Virus record (IMG/VR): IMGVR_UViG_3300021142_000006
Strand: one strand, 5' to 3'
Length of the DNA stretch: 64,000 nucleotides
Source: a virus
Lineage: Duplodnaviria; Heunggongvirae; Uroviricota; Caudoviricetes
In this document: positions 1 to 10,055 of the stretch, one piece after another
Numbering within the stretch: the first letter of the stretch is position 1
Layout: every line of letters starts with the position of its first letter
Position numbers and translations under genes: made by a program
Notes under the pieces: model-generated
The model's database searches: none
Seen by the model: only the letters and a program-made list of their open reading frames with translations
Told to the model about the DNA's origin: nothing

Positions 1-175
1 GTTTTTTTTATATATGAACACTATTGGCTTATACATTTCAAAATATTGTTTACTCAATTCAATATTATTGGGATTACAAATATCCCATAATACCTTTAAA
101 CCACTATTTTCGAGAAGCACAAAAGCTTCATCAACATCCTTTGGTTTTCTAAATGTTAACATATAATAATTTTAT

Positions 176-649
176 TTAATAAAATATCAATTCCAGTGTT
201 CCATCATTACTATTATAGTCTTCAACTAAACCTGAATTTACAATAAACATACCATCGATATTTTCATCTTTTACAACAATATTTTTATATTGGTAAGCTG
301 GGTAGTTTTCGGCTCCAAATTCAGAGTATAATTCTTCAATGTCATCAACATCATTTTTATCAAAGTTATCAATTGAAATTGTCATTTCAAAAACTGATAA
401 TGTGGTTTTCTGTATTTGAACATTAAAATTAATATTATCTCTATACTTGGCAAACATTTTCAATGCTGTATGATCGAAATAATCTTTGAACATGCTATTA
501 TTAAGTTCATATAACATTGCTATTTCTGAGAAATTTAAATTAACTATTTTAGAAATTATATTACTTCCACTTGAACGAGTAAAACGAGTATATTTTTCGA
601 AAAAGTATTGAAACGCATCAACATTTTTTATAGATGTTTTATCGCTCAT
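176..649 (-). CDS. hypothetical protein
   Basis: 157-aa ORF overlapping the stop of the upstream nucleotidyltransferase gene; no motif recognised. Confidence 0.6.
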   Translation of the reverse strand: MSDKTSIKNVDAFQYFFEKYTRFTRSSGSNIISKIVNLNFSEIAMLYELNNSMFKDYFDHTALKMFAKYRDNINFNVQIQKTTLSVFEMTISIDNFDKNDVDDIEELYSEFGAENYPAYQYKNIVVKDENIDGMFIVNSGLVEDYNSNDGTLELIFY

Positions 650-1724
650 AAAACAAAGTTCTGATTATGATTAACATATTATTTACAAAGTTATGATCCA
701 CCTCTTCAGGTAAATTAGAATTGGCATATATTTTTTCCATAGAATCCATGATTGATTGTGCTTCGACAATAAGATCATCATATTCTTTTTCACCATTTCT
801 GACTAACATCAGATCAGCTACATCATGCCTTTTAACATTTACTTGACCAGTTAATCCGATTTCCTTTGCCATTCTAAGAAGTCTAAGACAATGCATCATA
901 TTTTTTGAATCGTAGTTCTTGCCATGTGAAGCATTTGTTTCATATCTATCAGAATTACGTTTTTCTACCCAATCCCAATATTCTTTATAGTCTTTACAGT
1001 ATTTAGAATAACCATCTTTATTGTAAATGATAGTTGCCACTGGTTTTTCACCTTGAGGTACTGAACTAAGTCTAACCTCATTTGAGGTTTCATCTTCATT
1101 CATAATCCCACGATAACCCAAACCAGAACCTTCCTTAGATGAATAAGCATCGTAAAACAAAGCATAAACATCTCTGGCATTTGGAACATTAACCAATCCA
1201 CATTTAGCTTGGTTGTATCCGCTATTATCCAAAAATTCTTTAAGAGGTCTTGACTTGTAACCATCAATAATATAGCAAAAATCTAATATGGACTTACGCT
1301 CCTTATCAACAGGATTAACAATTTTCTTATTCAATCCCCTGGCTTTTTTTATTTGTGTTGAAGCATAACCACCAAATGTGTTTTTACATTTTTTTGTTAT
1401 GAATTTAGATTTATTATTCAAAATAATGTCAAACAATTCATGTTTATACACAATGTTCTCTGGAGGCATATTCAATATCTCGATGATATTGGGGTTATTT
1501 GTTTCAAGTAATTCAAGAAACTTACCAATTTCATAAAAGGTGATATCATTGGTTTCATCGTTGACTTGGTCAATATAATTAAAACCGTATATGTTATCTT
1601 TAGGCAATATAAAAACACCACGATAGTCCATATCGCTTGATGGTTTATTTGTACCATATGCATAGCTACCGCTTAGACATTCAAATAATATCAAATTATT
1701 ATCCCTGAGTTCTTGTATTGTCAT
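639..1724 (-). CDS. Pol-beta superfamily nucleotidyltransferase (RlaP/PF10127-like)
   Basis: N-terminal SGSYAYGTNKPSSDMDYRGVF (GS..G and DxD) and C-terminal YDSKNMMHCLRLL helix typical of this family. Confidence 0.85.
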   Translation of the reverse strand: MTIQELRDNNLILFECLSGSYAYGTNKPSSDMDYRGVFILPKDNIYGFNYIDQVNDETNDITFYEIGKFLELLETNNPNIIEILNMPPENIVYKHELFDIILNNKSKFITKKCKNTFGGYASTQIKKARGLNKKIVNPVDKERKSILDFCYIIDGYKSRPLKEFLDNSGYNQAKCGLVNVPNARDVYALFYDAYSSKEGSGLGYRGIMNEDETSNEVRLSSVPQGEKPVATIIYNKDGYSKYCKDYKEYWDWVEKRNSDRYETNASHGKNYDSKNMMHCLRLLRMAKEIGLTGQVNVKRHDVADLMLVRNGEKEYDDLIVEAQSIMDSMEKIYANSNLPEEVDHNFVNNMLIIIRTLFYER

Positions 1725-1971
1725 TGTTATTTTTATTAATATAGTCAGCTAATTGTTGTGCTTTATCTTTGTCAAGTATGATGAAATCTTTATGTAACGT
1801 ACCTGTCTTTAATAACAAATAAGCGTTCTTGATTCGATGCCATAATGAAGATTTTTTATTATTAAAACCATAACCCCAATATGCAAACCAATATTCGTTA
1901 TGTTCTTCTTCAAATGTAACCTGCATAGATTCTGTGTGACATTCACACATCAAAAATAAATCATTTTCCAT
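1699..1971 (-). CDS. hypothetical protein
   Basis: 90-aa ORF in a tightly packed minus-strand run. Confidence 0.6.
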   Translation of the reverse strand: MENDLFLMCECHTESMQVTFEEEHNEYWFAYWGYGFNNKKSSLWHRIKNAYLLLKTGTLHKDFIILDKDKAQQLADYINKNNNDNTRTQG

Positions 1972-1986
1972 AATACTACAAAAGTA

Positions 1987-2181
1987 TTAATTATTTTTCA
2001 AAAAACAAAATTTTGAATCTTTTTCTGTGGCATGAGCCACATATATAATATTATTGGTTGAAATTATGCTGACAGTATTATCCTTAGTGTTAATTTCTTT
2101 AACAATACCCCATTTTAGAACATCCAGAAAATAGAATTCTATTTTATCACCAACTTTGTACTTATTTATCTTTGAAGACAT
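1987..2181 (-). CDS. hypothetical protein
   Basis: 64-aa ORF in the same run. Confidence 0.55.
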   Translation of the reverse strand: MSSKINKYKVGDKIEFYFLDVLKWGIVKEINTKDNTVSIISTNNIIYVAHATEKDSKFCFLKNN

Positions 2182-2184
2182 ATG

Positions 2185-2814
2185 CTAATCCCACCAACTT
2201 TCTATATTACGTTCTAATAGCGTAAATAAAATACGCCTTGCTTTATTGTGTAAATAATATCCCATATTCATAGCAATAGTTTGTTTGGATTTATTATCAA
2301 AGATATATTTATCTGTCTTTGTAACTTCTTTATAGGCATGTGGATACTTTTTAAAGTAATCATCATACTTTTCCCATATCTCTTCAATCCTTAATGTTGA
2401 ACAATCCTCATACAATTTCCTTTTGTCTTCAGACATTTCATCAAGTTCTTCCTTGGTCACTGGATCAAAATGAAATTTTGATTTATGATAATCCATATAT
2501 TCGCCAGTATAAAATTCATCAGATATGAGCTTCATCAATCTAACACACAACTCCATTTTTTCAGCATCACGAACATTATCAACATGTAAACCCTTTTCAC
2601 GAATGTACTTAGCTTGGAATGTTAATTTTGTCATCATTACTTGCCATATATAATGGTCATCCCAGTCCCTATCTTTCCAAATTACAGGGAACCAACGTAT
2701 AATATTTCTAATGCCTTGATATAAATCCTTATGGTAATATTTACCTTCGAACTTCCACCACAAAAATATCTTCCTGAAGATACTCAGCTTTTTTTCATTA
2801 TTGTCAAAACTCAT
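2185..2814 (-). CDS. hypothetical protein
   Basis: 209-aa Trp-rich ORF ending in TAG. Confidence 0.7.
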   Translation of the reverse strand: MSFDNNEKKLSIFRKIFLWWKFEGKYYHKDLYQGIRNIIRWFPVIWKDRDWDDHYIWQVMMTKLTFQAKYIREKGLHVDNVRDAEKMELCVRLMKLISDEFYTGEYMDYHKSKFHFDPVTKEELDEMSEDKRKLYEDCSTLRIEEIWEKYDDYFKKYPHAYKEVTKTDKYIFDNKSKQTIAMNMGYYLHNKARRILFTLLERNIESWWD

Positions 2815-3026
2815 TATAGATTAATATTTTTTTTCATAAATTCACGAATATAGTGTTGTAACCCAACTTTTTCAATTAGGGCAAGCAACTTTTCAATTTC
2901 TTCATCTTTAATTTGCAAAGATACAATAAATTCATGAATTGAATTGATAGTATCGTCAGTGATATTAAGTTGTTTTAACTTAATTTTAATAGTTTCTTTT
3001 TCCATGGTTTTGGATTTAAAAAACAA
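2814..3026 (-). CDS. hypothetical protein
   Basis: short ORF whose stop overlaps the next start. Confidence 0.5.
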   Translation of the reverse strand: MFFKSKTMEKETIKIKLKQLNITDDTINSIHEFIVSLQIKDEEIEKLLALIEKVGLQHYIREFMKKNINL

Positions 3027-3050
3027 ATATAGTAAAAAATTTTGATTAAA

Positions 3051-3464
3051 TCAACATTCAGGGTTAAATATTGTTATATTATAGGAATTTGATCTCATAT
3101 TATCTATCTTTATATTTGTGAAGAAATAATCCAGTTCATGCATAACTGTTTTCTTCATCAAAAATGTTTTTGATAGTGGTGCATCAAAAAATATATAATC
3201 CAATGACCAGCTATTATTGATAAAATCAATACCACAAACAAAATATAGTTTATCTATGAATTTGATTAATGATTTAAGTTTTTGAGTTTCAAAACCCAAA
3301 AATTCCCCATATTTGTTTTGTGTGTATTCAACTAATATATGAAATTCATATATGTTAAGAATATAATAGTTACCAGAAAATATGTTATTGAATTTATTTC
3401 TGTCAGGATTTCTACGCAAAAATTTACGCATGAAAGTCTTATTTGTTGTATTAAGGTAAATCAT
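3051..3464 (-). CDS. hypothetical protein
   Basis: 137-aa ORF coupled to its neighbour. Confidence 0.55.
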   Translation of the reverse strand: MIYLNTTNKTFMRKFLRRNPDRNKFNNIFSGNYYILNIYEFHILVEYTQNKYGEFLGFETQKLKSLIKFIDKLYFVCGIDFINNSWSLDYIFFDAPLSKTFLMKKTVMHELDYFFTNIKIDNMRSNSYNITIFNPEC

Positions 3465-3754
3465 TAAAATTTAATATCAAATTTATTTTCAATATCTTCT
3501 GGTGTTACATAATTAAACAATTCTGATAGACCATCTATTGGTATCATGATTATTATACCATGTCTATTTTTAAATGCTTCACAAATGTTGAAATAATCTT
3601 CAGAAATTTCCCAATCTTCATAAATATCGATATATATCTTATCGTTTATTATAAATTCTGGGTAAAACGTATTAAACGGAAATGTTTGTTTATTCGTTTC
3701 GCATTTCAAATTATATTTCAAAGCCCACTTATTGAATAGTGATATGTCTTCCAT
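3464..3754 (-). CDS. hypothetical protein
   Basis: 96-aa ORF. Confidence 0.55.
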   Translation of the reverse strand: MEDISLFNKWALKYNLKCETNKQTFPFNTFYPEFIINDKIYIDIYEDWEISEDYFNICEAFKNRHGIIIMIPIDGLSELFNYVTPEDIENKFDIKF

Positions 3755-3835
3755 AATACTTTAATTTAAAATAAATATATAAAAATGATTGTAAAAATGA
3801 AGAGTATTGTGTATTTTTGCCCATATTTATAATTT

Positions 3836-4606
3836 ATGAAAAATATATCATATACAGGGATTATTTTGGATAATAAATCCAGACAACTATTGGCTGAAAA
3901 GTATAAGCAAATGATGCCTGATGGTTGGGAATGGATTGCTCACCATATGACAATAACTATGGGTTCTTTACCCAAGGAAAAACTTGATTTGCTTGGTACA
4001 GAACAATCTATTACCGCTGAATCTTTAGGTATGACCGATATGGTTATGGAAATTGGTGTTTCTGGGTTTGAATCCAAAAATACTCAACCACATGTAACAT
4101 TAGCTGTTAATAGAAAAGATGGTGGTAAACCATTCATGTCAAATAACATAACTGATTGGCAACCAATTGAAGAAAAATTTATACTAACAGGCCAAATTAA
4201 AGAAGTGGGACAACCTGATCAACCTATGAAAAAAAATTTAAAAGAAATTGTGGATATCAACGATTTACCCTTTAAATCGGATGTAACAAAAGCTGGTGGT
4301 AAAATCTATCAAGTTGGCGGTGCTGTACGAGATACCTTCTTGAATAAAACATCTAAAGACCTTGATATTTTAATTACTGGTGTACCTTCAGATAAACTAC
4401 AATCAATATTGAGTAAATACGGTAAAGTGGATCTTGTTGGTGCATCATTTGGTATTATCAAATTTACACCCCCAGGTGGTGAAGAAATTGATATTGCTTT
4501 ACCACGTACTGAAAAGGCTAAAAAACAGATCGTGGTAACTTTAGGTCAAAACGATATATTTATAGAATATAACGATTCAATGAATGAAAGAGAACTTAAA
4601 GGTTAA
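3836..4606 (+). CDS. cca: 2H phosphoesterase domain fused to the N-terminal part of a class II CCA-adding enzyme
   Basis: Two HxT motifs (HMT, HVT), then IYQVGGAVRD...KDLDILI...EIDIALPRTEK (motif A and third carboxylate); ORF stops about 29 aa after RTEK. Confidence 0.88.
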   Translation: MKNISYTGIILDNKSRQLLAEKYKQMMPDGWEWIAHHMTITMGSLPKEKLDLLGTEQSITAESLGMTDMVMEIGVSGFESKNTQPHVTLAVNRKDGGKPFMSNNITDWQPIEEKFILTGQIKEVGQPDQPMKKNLKEIVDINDLPFKSDVTKAGGKIYQVGGAVRDTFLNKTSKDLDILITGVPSDKLQSILSKYGKVDLVGASFGIIKFTPPGGEEIDIALPRTEKAKKQIVVTLGQNDIFIEYNDSMNERELKG

Positions 4607-5579
4607 ATGTCACATTTGTGATTTTGAAACTACAGCTAAAGGTGTTGGTAGGCATTACCATAACATACACGAATTAAAATTATCCGAAAATGCGGATATA
4701 TATCTGATGTATTTTGATTATAACAATCCTGGAATATTGGATGATATAAAAGATATGATTCGAAACGGTATTGGTTTGAAATCCATACAAAAAAAATATC
4801 ATAATATTGGTACTGGGTCGCTACCAATGCTAAAAAAATCATTAAGTAATATATACCCAGATGATTTTAATAAGAAAGTAACTGACAGGGGTAAGCAAAC
4901 CTTACTCAATAATACAGGGTCACGTTACTCTGAAAAATTTATTGAAAGAATGGGTGGTTTTAAAAATCAAACATTAGCAAAAAAAGCGGCTAAAGTCGCT
5001 TCAACTAATGTTTCAAGGTTAGAAAAATTATCTGAAATGTTAAAGTATAATAACCCCTCACATAATCCACAAATTATTGAAAAAAGAAAACAAATATACG
5101 ATGAAAAAACACAAGAAGAAAAAAGGGCAATCATTAAAAAACGATTAGCTACTTGTGAAAAGAATCAATCTTATTTAAAACGAGCTGAAACAATAATAAA
5201 AAAATATGGTGGGTTTGTTGCGTATGGTAATAAAACGGCAGGTCATTCAAATTGGCATGATAAGTTAAAACAAATGTTAATCGAAAACAATATAATAACA
5301 GAATCGGAACAAACTGTCGTTAACAATTACACAAGTGATGAGGTTGATTTAGAGAAAAAAATTATTATTGAGCTAAATGGTGATTTTTGGCATTGTAATC
5401 CAAAATTTTATAATGGTGACTATTATCACCCTTTTATTAAAATGACAGCTAAACAAATTTGGGATAAGGATGAAAAACGAATATCTGATTATATTCAAAA
5501 TGGTTGGCGAGTGATTGTTATTTGGGAATCAGATGATTTAAACGAAAAGATTAACGAATTGAAAAAAATATATGGATAA
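4584..5579 (+). mobile_element. free-standing homing endonuclease gene (Vsr/DUF559-like, C2H2 finger at N-terminus) inserted in cca
   Basis: CHIC..HYHNIH finger; C-terminal DEVDLEKKIIIELNGDFWH...GWRVIVIWESD; overlaps both cca halves. Confidence 0.85.
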
Positions 5580-6600
5580 GAAAAAAATATTACAACTATT
5601 AGAATTAAATGGTTTCAATGTCATTAACGGAGTTGTTTACAATAAACCAGAAAATATAATTAGTTTTTTAAATAAAACAATTAAGCCGACTAAGATAAAA
5701 AATTTAGCTGGTCATAAAGGATTTGATGTGACTTCCGACCATACTCTACCAATTGAAAAGGATCTTGAAAGGCGTGATTTTACTATCAACTCAATAGCTA
5801 AGGATGCTGAAGGTAATCTAATTGATCCATACAAGGGTATTGAAGATATTAAAACAAAAACTATACGTTTAACAAATCCTGAAGCTTTTGCTGATGACCC
5901 TTTGAGAATGCTAAGATCGGTTCAATTTGCTTCGAGGTTTGGATTCACAATTGAGCCTCATACTTTTGATATGATTCAAAAAAACGCCGATTCAATCAAA
6001 ACAATAGCGTTTGAAAGGGTTATAGAAGAGTTTCAAAAGATTGTAGATAAAGGTTCACCCTATGTTGGTGTCACTTTGTTGGTTAAGTCTGGTTTATATG
6101 AAGGTATTTTTGATAGCAGGTTTCTTGGCTCATTCAAACCATTTAATCATGTCAACAAACTAAGTGAATTTATTTATTGGTTATTACAACCAATTACAAA
6201 AGACCCAGCAGCTTATTTCATGAAAGTTATGAAAGGTGATTTGAAGACTCATGCTGAAATGAAAGCCTTACAATTGGTTATGGATAAACCTGTGAGAACT
6301 GACCTTGAGGATAAATGGATGGTTTTTGGTGTAAATAAGATTGCGCCGACAATGTTTGATAGTTATTTCATATTGAACGAATTGGATAACGTATTACCAT
6401 TTTTCGAAGATGGTAGATATCCGATATCATATAAACAATTAGCTATTAATGGTAATGATCTGGAAAGTCTGGGCTTTAAAAACGAAAAAGTTGGTCTTGG
6501 ATTGAAGTTGGCTATGGATGCTGTTTACTCTGATACCGTTGCAAACGATAAATCACAACTTTTGCAATATGTGTCTGGTAAAATGAAAACAAAAGGTTAA
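5572..6600 (+). CDS. cca: C-terminal part of class II CCA-adding enzyme
   Basis: GHKGFDV...KDLERRDFTINSIA (motif B), DDPLRMLRSVQFASRF (motif D), ERVIEEFQK, C-terminal LAINGNDL; no HD domain. Confidence 0.9.
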   Translation: MDKKKILQLLELNGFNVINGVVYNKPENIISFLNKTIKPTKIKNLAGHKGFDVTSDHTLPIEKDLERRDFTINSIAKDAEGNLIDPYKGIEDIKTKTIRLTNPEAFADDPLRMLRSVQFASRFGFTIEPHTFDMIQKNADSIKTIAFERVIEEFQKIVDKGSPYVGVTLLVKSGLYEGIFDSRFLGSFKPFNHVNKLSEFIYWLLQPITKDPAAYFMKVMKGDLKTHAEMKALQLVMDKPVRTDLEDKWMVFGVNKIAPTMFDSYFILNELDNVLPFFEDGRYPISYKQLAINGNDLESLGFKNEKVGLGLKLAMDAVYSDTVANDKSQLLQYVSGKMKTKG

Positions 6601-7601
6601 TAACTAAATTTATAACCTTTTGTTTTTTTTCTTTCACCACGAATAACCCTATAAATCATTTCTGATGTTATTTCTAATTCGGTTGTTGCGTCATGTATAT
6701 TTTTAAACTCTTTAATTAAAACACCATTTAAACCATACATTTTAACTGGTTTCAGAACTGGTGTTCTATCATACGCACCACGATTATGTTCCTTTAACGT
6801 TTGAAATATTTCATATTTCCTACTCAATCTCAAACCATCCGAATTATTATACATATTATTTTTTATAAAATCCAAATCTTCAAAAGAATAATATAATAAT
6901 TTACATATACAACCTTTTTCGGATTTATATTTGGTATATATAATTTTAGTATCAGTTAACCCAAATGAATTAAACTTTTCTTTTAATTTTAATATAAAAT
7001 TTTCAGAACCAATAATTGAAAACCTTAAAATACCTTCTTTGTTCATTTTTGATATTGAACCATCGCCATCAAAAACACCTCTAACAAAATCCCAAAAATA
7101 ATCATCATTAATATTAGGATATTCACAATCAAAAGATTTATTATTTTGTAATCCTAAACAATTTAAATCAACACACATTTTCTTAGATGGTATCTGTAAA
7201 CTAAATCTTTTATATGTTTTATTAGTTCTTTTATCATAGACATCATATTCACTTAACTTATGAGTGGAATTTAATTCTTTTCTAACGATATCAACTAATT
7301 CATAATCTTTAGATGTTAATACTACCTTAGACCATTTTTTACTAATATACCCATCTGATAATAACAAGCCTAAAACATATGCTTTAGACGATGAATTTAT
7401 ATTTTCAAAAAAAGTAATATTCATACTATTTTTACAGTTTTTAGAATTAAAATTTTGTTTTTTAGTTTTTATATTATTTTTAATTAAAAATTTTCTGACA
7501 CCAGAAGCGGTATAGCCCAAAATATCACCAACTTCTTTTAATGTTTTATTTTCCTCAAAATAAATTTTTTTAACCTCTTGTATTTCTAATTTCTTTTTCA
7601 T
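6597..7601 (-). mobile_element. free-standing LAGLIDADG homing endonuclease with C-terminal NUMOD1-like domain
   Basis: YVLGLLLSDGYI and FVRGVFDGDGSI motifs; KPVKMYGLNG..KEF...GYKFSY tail. Confidence 0.88.
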
Positions 7602-7649
7602 ATCTTTACTTTATTATAAATAGCATATAAAAATTAAAAGTTAATAATT

Positions 7650-8180
7650 ATGACAAAAAATTTAGAGGTTGTGACCTTTTTTGATTTTGATGGTTGTCTT
7701 TTTTCAACACCTTTACCTGAAACTGGTAAAGATATATATCAACAAGTTACAGGTAAACCATATCCTCATATAGGTTGGTGGAGTAAACCTGAATCACTTG
7801 ATATGGATATATTCGATATTAGACCAAAATCTGGTATGGAAGAAGTATATCGTAATGTTATGAAAAACCCAGAGGCACATGCTGTTCTACTTACAAATAG
7901 ACAATATAAATTGGGTGATGAAGTTAAAAAAGTATTGGATAGTCATAATATGACATTTGAACATTATTCTTATAAACATAATGATCATGAGAAGGGTGAC
8001 AGAATGTTGGAAATAATGAAAAAATACTATTCTGGTGTTAAAAATATTGTATTCTATGATGATGACCAAAAACACCTTGATAATGCTGAAATGGTATTAG
8101 CTGGTAAAGATTATAATCTTAAAACAGTTAAAATATCTTCAGATTTAGATTACCTTGATCAAAGCGATAAAATTAAGTAA
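7650..8180 (+). CDS. HAD-family phosphatase (Swiss-Army-Knife RNA-repair type)
   Basis: FFDFDGCLFSTP motif I, GWW, LLTNR, FYDDD. Confidence 0.75.
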   Translation: MTKNLEVVTFFDFDGCLFSTPLPETGKDIYQQVTGKPYPHIGWWSKPESLDMDIFDIRPKSGMEEVYRNVMKNPEAHAVLLTNRQYKLGDEVKKVLDSHNMTFEHYSYKHNDHEKGDRMLEIMKKYYSGVKNIVFYDDDQKHLDNAEMVLAGKDYNLKTVKISSDLDYLDQSDKIK

Positions 8181-8235
8181 TTTTGGGTTTATTTTTTATT
8201 GAACCATAGTTATATTTAAAGAAAAAAATATAATT

Positions 8236-9282
8236 ATGGTTCAATTTATTAAAACAGCATTGGTCTTAGGTGGCGGAGGTTTCATTGGAGGACATATTGC
8301 AAAAAAATTAAAATCTGAAGGTTATTGGGTAAGAGTTGTTGATATAAAAGAACATGAATATTTCATGGGTTCACCAGATTTCTGTGATGAATTTATTGTT
8401 GGTGATTTAAGAGACCCTAAAGTGGTTTCAAAAGTTATGTTTTCACCAAATCAAAGGTCTTTAGATGATAAAGAAAATTCCTTTGATGAGGTTTATCAGT
8501 TAGCTGCCGACATGGGTGGTGCTGGTTATATTTTTACTGGCGCAAATGACGCTAATGTTATGCATAACTCAGCCTTGATAAATTTGAATGTTGCTTATGA
8601 TGCTGTAAAATATAACGTAAAACGAGTATTTTACTCATCATCTGCATGTATGTATCCTGAACATAATCAATTAGACCCAAATAACCCAAATTGTGAGGAA
8701 TCATCGGCCTATCCAGCAAATCCTGATTCTGAATATGGTTGGGAAAAACTATTCTCTGAAAGACTTTATTTGGCCTTTAATAGAAATTATAATCTTGATG
8801 TTAGAATTGCAAGATTCCATAACATTTTTGGGCCTTATGGTACCTGGAAAGGTGGAAAAGAAAAAGCGCCAGCCGCAATGTGTAGAAAGGCTGCTGAAAC
8901 ACCTAATGGCGGTATAATCGAAGTTTGGGGTGATGGTCAACAAACAAGATCATTCCTTTATATTGATGAGTGTGTTGAAGCTGTATTCAGATTTATGCGC
9001 CAAGATTCCTTCTTAGGACCTGTTAATATAGGTTCAGATGAAATGGTAACTATTAATGATTTAGCTCAAATGGCTATAGACGCTTCTGGTAAAGATATTA
9101 CAATAAGTAATATATATGGTGAGGAATTTGAATCCAAATATGGTTTTAAATGTCCAACTGGTGTAAGAGGTAGGAATTCAGATAATAAATTATTCCAAGA
9201 AAAAATGGATTGGGTTCCATCATTCCCATTACGTGCAGGTATAATAAAAACATATAATTGGATAAATACACAGGTTAAATAA
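8236..9282 (+). CDS. NAD-dependent epimerase/dehydratase (GDP-mannose 3,5-epimerase-like)
   Basis: GGGGFIG, LAADMGGAG, YSSSACMYP, YGWEK, RFHNIFGP, KAPAAMCRK. Confidence 0.9.
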   Translation: MVQFIKTALVLGGGGFIGGHIAKKLKSEGYWVRVVDIKEHEYFMGSPDFCDEFIVGDLRDPKVVSKVMFSPNQRSLDDKENSFDEVYQLAADMGGAGYIFTGANDANVMHNSALINLNVAYDAVKYNVKRVFYSSSACMYPEHNQLDPNNPNCEESSAYPANPDSEYGWEKLFSERLYLAFNRNYNLDVRIARFHNIFGPYGTWKGGKEKAPAAMCRKAAETPNGGIIEVWGDGQQTRSFLYIDECVEAVFRFMRQDSFLGPVNIGSDEMVTINDLAQMAIDASGKDITISNIYGEEFESKYGFKCPTGVRGRNSDNKLFQEKMDWVPSFPLRAGIIKTYNWINTQVK

Positions 9283-10051
9283 CTATCCAACTTTCTCCAT
9301 ATATATCTTTATAGTCATCATAATTTAAATTATTGAACCACAATTTAGGTGCAATAATTTTTTTATTTAAATTATTATTCAACCAGGCACCCCACCAACT
9401 AAATGAACTATTAGCAATAATATTATTATCACATAATGTCATTAAACAAAGATCAAAAACATCTGAATTTCCTATTGAATATTTAATATTATCTCCTTTG
9501 AAATTTTCAACAACCCATTGTGGATCATCTGAAATAAAAATAAAATAATTATCACCAATAAGTGATATTGCATTATTATAATAATTAACATCACACGTAG
9601 GATGGATATTAGGAAATTTTAAATAATCACCACGTCTTACATGAACCGATGTTAATTTTTTACCATCTAATAAACTTAAAAACTTTTTAACATCACGTTT
9701 TGTTTCTTCATCAAAATCAAATATTTTTTTTATATCTTTAGTTTGATCTTTAAAATATTTTTCGGATTGGAAATAACCATCTATTTGTATATTAGGAACA
9801 TATTTAATTTCTTTAAAATTAAAATATGGTTCTTTATATACATAATCTATTTTTAAAAAATTGTTTGGTGCATCGTCTATATTTCTAAATATATTATTTT
9901 TATAATTATTAGCTGGTTTACCTTGCAATGGTGTATGGCAAGTATTTAAATTAAATCGTGAAACATCATTATTTCTTATAGCTAAAGCTGTTGCTGTCGC
10001 TATTTGAAACATTTGATTACCTAATCCACCAGAAAGTTTTGCTGAAACCAT
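9275..10051 (-). CDS. alpha-1,2-fucosyltransferase (GT11)
   Basis: GGLGNQMFQ, HVRRGDY, NSSFSWWGAWL; likely start MVSAKL at 10051. Confidence 0.9.
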   Translation of the reverse strand: MVSAKLSGGLGNQMFQIATATALAIRNNDVSRFNLNTCHTPLQGKPANNYKNNIFRNIDDAPNNFLKIDYVYKEPYFNFKEIKYVPNIQIDGYFQSEKYFKDQTKDIKKIFDFDEETKRDVKKFLSLLDGKKLTSVHVRRGDYLKFPNIHPTCDVNYYNNAISLIGDNYFIFISDDPQWVVENFKGDNIKYSIGNSDVFDLCLMTLCDNNIIANSSFSWWGAWLNNNLNKKIIAPKLWFNNLNYDDYKDIYGESWIVI

Positions 10052-10055
10052 GTTA

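Noticed and set aside
5572-5650. Split intein flanking the endonuclease (FNVINGVVYN resembles an intein C-terminus)
   Set aside because: The +1 residue is Lys, not Cys/Ser/Thr, and the N-half has no Cys/Ser-starting intein segment after RTEK.
4520-5709. Group I intron interrupting cca
   Set aside because: The interval is fully occupied by overlapping ORFs with no P7/R-S ribozyme motifs. I found no U|...G| junction restoring an in-frame RTE...GHKGF loop.
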